DNA of 64,000 bases. Origin: Psammoneis japonica (Eukaryota). The stretch lies in assembly GCA_008632985.1 (NCBI GenBank), contig QPGO01000066.1, positions 203,771 to 267,770 of the forward strand. The letters are read 5' to 3'. Of the stretch, positions 57,639-64,000 are shown piece after piece. Numbering within the stretch: position 1 is the stretch's first letter; the number at the start of each line of letters is the position of its first letter. Made by a program: the position numbers and the translations under genes. Under the pieces are notes generated by a model. That model did not search any database and had not been told where the DNA came from. It worked only from the letters and a program-made list of their open reading frames with translations.

Positions 57639-58913
57639 ATGAAGAACTGGGATTACGTCTTACGATGGATATTCTTCCCGTTGTTCGTCTACTTTGTTAT
57701 CTTCGCCCGGACTTTTCAACTCGATCGGTATTTACAATTTATCCAAGACAGGTGTGAATCTACAGATTGCGAATCATCCACATCGCCGCCAACGGATTTC
57801 CCCTTTGAAATGTCTGCTTGTATTATTGTCAAGGAGGACAATCGCATCTTGCCGGAATGGATCGCGTATCATTATGAAGTTTTACCTCTTCGTCATTTGA
57901 TCGTTGCGGTTGATCCGTACAGCAGAGTTTCGCCAGCACCGATATTGGAAAAGTTCCGTACGTTACCAAATATGACGATTGAAATGTGGAAAGATGAAGA
58001 CTATCTAGAAAAGGGGGAGTTTTACAACCCAACGGCAGACAGCGCAGAGCGACTGAAATTACATCGCTGGCGGCAACCAGTGTTTATGTCAAAATGTCTG
58101 AATTCCCTAAAAAGGCAGAACAGGACTTGGACAGTGCTAATTGATCCCGATGAGTATTGGGTCTTCAATGACTATAACAAAAAGGAACAAGCCGGGCCCT
58201 GGTGCCGTCATATCTATAATTCTGACAGTCGTGAAATGGTTCGTGAAATACTTGGATGCCGTAAACAGTTTAAGAATGACGTTGAAAAGGGATTACACCC
58301 ACGGTCGAGAGTACCAGAGATTGGTGACGCTACGGTGGCACACTACCTGGCCAATGAGCTGAACCGCACAGACAGGTACTGGCATTTTGATAAGCCGTGC
58401 ATAACGGTGCCCCGTGTTCTCTTTTCCAATGATGCGAGTTTACCGAATGAAACACACGCCCAAGTTCCGGACGGGTTTAATCCAGATAATTTCTTTACAC
58501 TCCGGTATCGCCATCATCAAATACATCAGAACAAGTACCCTGGAAAACCACTTGTGGATGCTTCGCGGTACGATGGAAGCGATATACTATCTCCTCACCA
58601 TCTGAGTGACGAACTGTGTGTGCACAATACTTTTGTTTCATACGCCGAAGCAATGTTTCGTGTCCATCACTACATTGGCCCTAGGGAAGAATTTTTGGGC
58701 AGAAAATCGGATGAGCAATATCAAGCCAGAATGGCAGAGGTTGGATCAATTGTGGATACGAATGACAAGATTCGAGGGTGGCTCAAATCGTTTGTGCGAC
58801 GAGTTGGCAAAAAAAAGGCCCTCGAGTTAACACAAGAACTCAGAGCCATCGCTATTGCAGACGCTGTAAATTTGAGCAACCAGACAAGAAGAAAGCTTTG
58901 GTATCATTTATGA
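57639..58913 (+). CDS. Glycosyltransferase-like protein, paralog 5 (tandem with paralog 4)
   Basis: TM helix, SACIIVKEDNRILPEWIAYH, IDPDEY. Confidence 0.9.
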   Translation: MKNWDYVLRWIFFPLFVYFVIFARTFQLDRYLQFIQDRCESTDCESSTSPPTDFPFEMSACIIVKEDNRILPEWIAYHYEVLPLRHLIVAVDPYSRVSPAPILEKFRTLPNMTIEMWKDEDYLEKGEFYNPTADSAERLKLHRWRQPVFMSKCLNSLKRQNRTWTVLIDPDEYWVFNDYNKKEQAGPWCRHIYNSDSREMVREILGCRKQFKNDVEKGLHPRSRVPEIGDATVAHYLANELNRTDRYWHFDKPCITVPRVLFSNDASLPNETHAQVPDGFNPDNFFTLRYRHHQIHQNKYPGKPLVDASRYDGSDILSPHHLSDELCVHNTFVSYAEAMFRVHHYIGPREEFLGRKSDEQYQARMAEVGSIVDTNDKIRGWLKSFVRRVGKKKALELTQELRAIAIADAVNLSNQTRRKLWYHL

Positions 58914-59418
58914 GATCTACCGGGGATCCTTGTCCTCGTTGGAGTACCGAGAAAGGGACGATGTGCAGTTATTCCATCCATCACGCGATGTGTCGTTCAG
59001 GGTTTAGGGTACCACAGCAGAGTTGATAGAGAGGGCGACGTGAGCTCGAATTTCAAGGCATTTGGCTCAACCTATTAATGGCATGCCATCGGACAGTTTG
59101 ATACTCCGTGTGTAAGAGAGGTGGTAGCGCATGCCTGTAGCTGAATCGCCGACTTCATTTATGGTGGTCATGGCCTAATCGAGAAACTTTACACACACAA
59201 CTGTCGTTGTCCGTTGAAAGAAGGAGCTATCATTCGTGATAGTAAGAGTCATAACAGTGCTGTAGCTATAAAATGACGAAATCAAAGCTTTGCAACATAA
59301 CATATCCTACTATACTAACACTGTGACACGATTAACCTAAAAACGATTCTGAAGCCTCAACGACAGCCGCCATTGACATATCGTTTGATCTCATTCGCTT
59401 GAGCAAGCAACACCTACC

Positions 59419-61104
59419 TTACTTCAAATTAATGTTGAGCATCAAAAGGGAAATGATACCTGCAACAATAAAAGAAGTGAGATTGGAGTGCTGTTGGAAA
59501 GCGCTCGACGGGGCACCTGAAGGGCTACCCGTAGTGCATCCAGGACCGCAGGAGCATTCAGTGCACTGAGCATTCAAAATACAGCCACCTGAAAAAGGAT
59601 GAATGAGAAAAGAAACATCGTTTAAGATTCGTACGGTGAAAGCACAAAAATTTGGTTCATCCTATTCAATGTACGTACCAGCTGGGCAGGCGCAGCGAAA
59701 GGTACATTCCGTCATGTCGCATCCGCCTGTAGGGCAAGAGCACTCTTGCGTGCCGTCCAAGAGTGGGTTACAAACCATGGCATTGTTTGAGGACAAAGGC
59801 GTGGGAGGGCTAGAAGCCGGTGCAGTGTTGTCTGCTAGTTCGATAATGCCGCACACATCAGGAACGCCTTCATTATCAAGGAGGACGAGAGCTAAACCTT
59901 CAACCTCAGAAAGGTAATAACCCGGATCACCCGGCCTACCTGGCCTTAATACTCTCGGAGAAAAGGCGAAGCGTTCATCAACACGGCCATTGTCTGAGGT
60001 TTCGTACGCCATGAAGCACCAAGGAAACAAAGTTGAGTCCGCAAGGGACCTCCTCGTGTCATTTTGGAAGTTCCGCCATAACTCGTACTGGGGAGAATCC
60101 ATGATGATTTTACGCTCGCAGGAGCTTGCATTGTATATGGCCAGGTAACAATCTTTATCATCATCACAAGCCGAACTGACTTGAACATCGTCGATCGATA
60201 TGATGATGGACCCAACGCCATCCGAATCTGGAGAAAGGGCACTCAGCTTGACTTGAGGTTCTCCTTCCGTGGATGGATCCACATCAGGGCGGCTGACGGA
60301 TGCTCCACCATCACTCCATCCCACCAGACGCCTCACAGTAGCCCTCTCCAAACTGGTTGTAGTACATCCTGCACCACAGCTGCACTCAATGCAGTCTTCG
60401 CTCATCAGACAGTTACCTGAAAGGGCAATGGATAAAGAATCGGAGAGCGATAGGATTTCAATTTTAGCTACAGAATAGAGAATGCACAGATGTTATTTGG
60501 GTTTTGATTGTGCTGCTTACCGGCAGGGCAGGCACAGCGGAAGGAGCACTGGCTCATGTCGCAGCCACCCGAGACACAAGAGCACTCTTCTGTTCCCGAC
60601 TTCAAAGGATTGCACGTCATGGCGTTAGGGAAAGAAGTAGGAGGGCCTGGGACGTCAGGAGGAGAAGCGGAATCAGGGGCATCGTGGATGCACTCCCCGA
60701 GCCAGCAAGGGCATTCGGTCTCTGAGCAACCCATGGTACAACCTTTCAAGCAGGATGAAAGAATCTGGGCATTCGGCATGTGGCAATAACCACCAGAGCA
60801 TGCACAGCGGCTGGTGCAAGAACTCATGTCGCACCCACCAATGCCCGCGCAAGAGCATCCCTCCGTGCAGGAAGACATGTCGCAATCCCCTACAGCCAGG
60901 AAGAGGAGAATTTATGAGTATTCCTGTATGTTGTACGCACGGCAGCTGCAAATAATAGGAAACGCTGGATGGGACATTGAAAAGCTTACCTCCCAAGCAT
61001 GCGCATTCTCTGTTTTCGAGGGCGCATACGACAAATCCCTCGGCGGCCACGGAGACCGCTTTCATCTCGACGGTGACGAGGAAGAGTAGAGAGAAGAACT
61101 TCAT
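59419..61104 (-). CDS. Secreted, probably GPI-anchored Cys-rich protein, 463 aa, four exons (61104-60990, 60889-60521, 60416-59679, 59588-59419)
   Basis: Three GT..AG phase-1 introns give a 1,392-nt open frame. Signal peptide MKFFSLLFLV; repeated CSCxxGGCDMxxCxxRCAC; C-terminal PSSA plus hydrophobic tail. Confidence 0.88.
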
Positions 61105-61744
61105 CTCGTTGAGGTTGCAGCAAAACCTACAGGATGGTGTGCACGACGTACTGTATGCTTTATGATACCAAAGACAACTCTCTGGAAAAAGTGAGGCGAT
61201 CCTGCCTTGAGGCGATCTTGAAAACGACGGACGACCGGCTCGTTCGAGCGACCTTTTGGAAGTTGAAGCAATGCTGCATAGGTTAAATACGACATGCGGT
61301 AATATAGAAACTTTTAATAATAACCTTGTAACGGCCTTCATATGTTTTTGTGTGGATATTCAAATCTTTTAAAATGAAAACAATGCGAGGACGAATTGCA
61401 AGAGCGATCACTTTGAAGTTGAAGCAATGCGGCATTTTTCATTTTAAAACATTCTCTATGTACGTTGATATAAGACTTAGGAACCATCGCTTTTTAACGG
61501 CCTTCCTTATGTTCTTTTTTGCGTCTTTCGATAAATAGAACATCAAGTAGTTATGCTCAAACTAACGTCGCCAAAAGCTCCCTTGTAACGGCCTTCTTCT
61601 TTCGCATTTCCACAAGTTCTGTACGTTGCCCGTAGCCGATTCCGCTCCGCGATAGACACGCGATGTTTTTTCCGTCACAAAAACAGCAAATCAACCATGA
61701 AGATTGCTGACTCCGTAAGGCTTCTTATCACCGCGTTTCCGGCC

Positions 61745-64000
61745 ACCTTTCAATGTGTGTGGATGGATGGTGGCCTCATGTTTGAGGCCCTGCAACGTGG
61801 CATCTTTCTGGGAGTTGTCAAGTCCAATGTCTCGTCTGCCTTCTGAGGCGCCTCAAAGTCGGTCGCCCTTCGTGTGGACAACTGTGCCGAGGGTTACACT
61901 GCTGCACTGTCACTTGGTCAGGTGAGGACCTCCAGCACAGCTGCTGTGAAGCATGCGAGCCCAAAGGGTGTTTGCTTCTAAGGATCGGGTGCCAAGCAAA
62001 GTGAGAGACAAGGAAGACACAGACGTCGTGGAAGACTGTCTGAAGCCGGCTGCAAGGATGGAAACAATGCTGCTGCTCCCGACACTTTTGGCAGTTCAGA
62101 AGCACCGCCTCACAGTGATTCAGAACCTGCAACAGGTGATCATGGCAGAACCATGGGCTCCGGTGAGAAGTTGGTCCACGCTGATCTGTCGGATGATTTT
62201 GCAAATGTGAGCTCCAACAGTCCAGCAGCAACTGTCGGAATCAGGAAATCCTTGAAAACACAACCGAAACGTGGATGTCATGTTGGGCATTTGGGGGAGT
62301 TTCTTTAGCAGCAATGGGTGTTGACACAAGATTCTAAGACACCAATTTGATGGTTTGCAGAGAGCATGATCGGATGATTGGGGTTGGGAAATCCGACGCG
62401 TTCCAGGTCTAGGTGGGACCTCGCACTGCTGAACTGTGACATCGACAGTTTTTTGAATCACGTCGTATGTCGCGCACGTAGATTTCTACGTGATTTTTTC
62501 GACATTTTGTGTCATTTTACGGTGCACTTGTTGAGACGCGTTCCAGCCCTGGGTGGGACTCCGTGTGACATTGGGCCCGTAGAATTCTACGTGCGAGCTC
62601 CGTAGTACGAGAATTTAATTGGTGGACATGTTTGTCTTCAACATCAAATAAACTGCCAAGTTTGTGGTACAATTATGCCTCTTGCCACTCGACGTTTTTG
62701 CAAATGCGCCTGCCCTACGCGATTCTTAAGACATTATAGAATCGCGCTGTAACAAAAAATGTCAAAAGTTGTTGGACGGATCGCTCAACAAGTGCACCGT
62801 AAAATGACACAAAATATCGAAAAAATCACGTAGAAATCTACGTGCGCGACATACGACGTGATTCAAAAAACTGTCGATGTCACAGTTCAGCAGTGCGAGG
62901 TCCCACCTAGACCTGGAACGCGTCTGGAGGCGTTTGTTGTGTCGCTGGGTTGGCAACAGCGACATGGAGACAAACAATTGCTGTCATAAAAACACCTTCT
63001 GCTCTCAATCCTTTTGATCAAACCTCGCCAACAGGAGCAGAACAAACAATTTCTTGGTGAGCATTGACAGCAGGACAGCTGCAATGACCAAACGAACGTT
63101 CATGAGATGCGCGACGTTGGCGCAACATGACAAAGAACATCAATGTTTTGCGACTTGCCCACGGTGCTGAAACCCTGGTTTTCTTCCATGCTGGCACCAT
63201 GCATCATCTGCCGGGATTGTGCGCTTCTTTTCGTTGGCTTTTTCTTCCATTTGGGTGGGCACGGAGGCGTTTGGGGCATCACTGCTGATTGGTGACGGCG
63301 ACATTGAGGTGCAATTGTTGTTGTCACAAAACACTTTCTGCTGGCGATCCTTTTCGCCAAATGTCAGCAACAGGAGTGGAACAAACAATCCATTGAAAAG
63401 GATCGCCAGCAGAACAGCTGCAACAAGGTTGGCACACAACAGACTGAAATGGGTTTCATCACGGCGATTGACACAAGAAGGGTTGCGCTCAACTCGAAAA
63501 AGTTGCTCAAGTGGATGGACGTACAGACTTGCGGGGGGTCTCCGTCAACTGGTTGCTGGGATTGACTGCAATCAACCTCAATGCAAACTCGACTGCAATG
63601 ACCTGATTGTCGGGAAAGAGCCGAGGTCACAATCACAATCAAGGAAGCAAAGTTGTTGGGCACAGACGAATTTTAAGATCTTCCAAGTGCTGCTCTGCTG
63701 ATCTTTGCCCCATCATTTTCCTTGGCAGTTGGCAGGAATGTCGACCCCAGTTCGGGAGTTGAAAGCAGCGCAACTTTGAGCCAACAGGTGCAGCGCAACA
63801 TTTTGTTGGCAACATCATTTGGTTTTTTGACAAGGCGGTGCAGCGGCACACAAGGCACCGCTCCGCCAGCATCATTTGAGGTTGTGTGTGTGCTGTTTGA
63901 GAAGGCAAGGAGCCATTGCAAAAGACCACTGCCAGAAAGAATCATTGGCTTGTTCACAGGATGAGAATTTTGTTTGCAGTTGTGGGCATTGTCATCTTCA
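61745..64000. other. TpA-depleted domain 7, interrupted by a TA-containing young MITE
   Basis: TA is rare in 61745-62390 and 62995-64000 but frequent in 62395-62924. Confidence 0.9.
62395..62924. mobile_element. Young ~390-bp MITE (62535-62924) plus an adjacent inverted duplicate of its right 141 bp (62395-62535)
   Basis: 62395-62535 is the reverse complement of 62784-62924 with one mismatch. The terminal motif gacgcgttccag occurs at 62395, 62535 and inverted at 62924. No TSD found. Confidence 0.85.

Noticed and set aside
4331..61104. An encoded enzyme responsible for the TpA conversion
   Set aside because: No deaminase (HxE...PCxxC), DNA methyltransferase or repair polymerase motif is recognisable in any intact gene here.

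Overview
Eukaryotic, gene-dense, intron-poor DNA, most likely a diatom (inferred from the gene families and the Ty3/Gypsy type, not from a search). Normal-composition blocks hold these genes: an F-box-like protein, a ~2,260-aa secreted VWD/repeat protein with frameshifts, ETF-ubiquinone oxidoreductase, a MATH-BTB protein, a bHLH factor, five paralogous glycosyltransferase-like genes, a divergent kinesin, a low-complexity protein and a 4-exon GPI-type Cys-rich protein. These alternate with seven sharply bounded transposon/pseudogene domains (~27 kb, about 43% of the window) that have lost almost all TpA. Internal comparisons (a pseudogene against its intact parent, paired TIRs, retroelement catalytic motifs) show TpA was converted by transitions to TpG or CpA, i.e. 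A->G in 5'-TA-3' on either strand, and more completely than CpG has decayed. This resembles a RIP-like genome-defence hypermutation running opposite to fungal RIP. I know of no description of it but cannot search the literature, and no candidate enzyme is recognisable in the window. All counts were made by eye.
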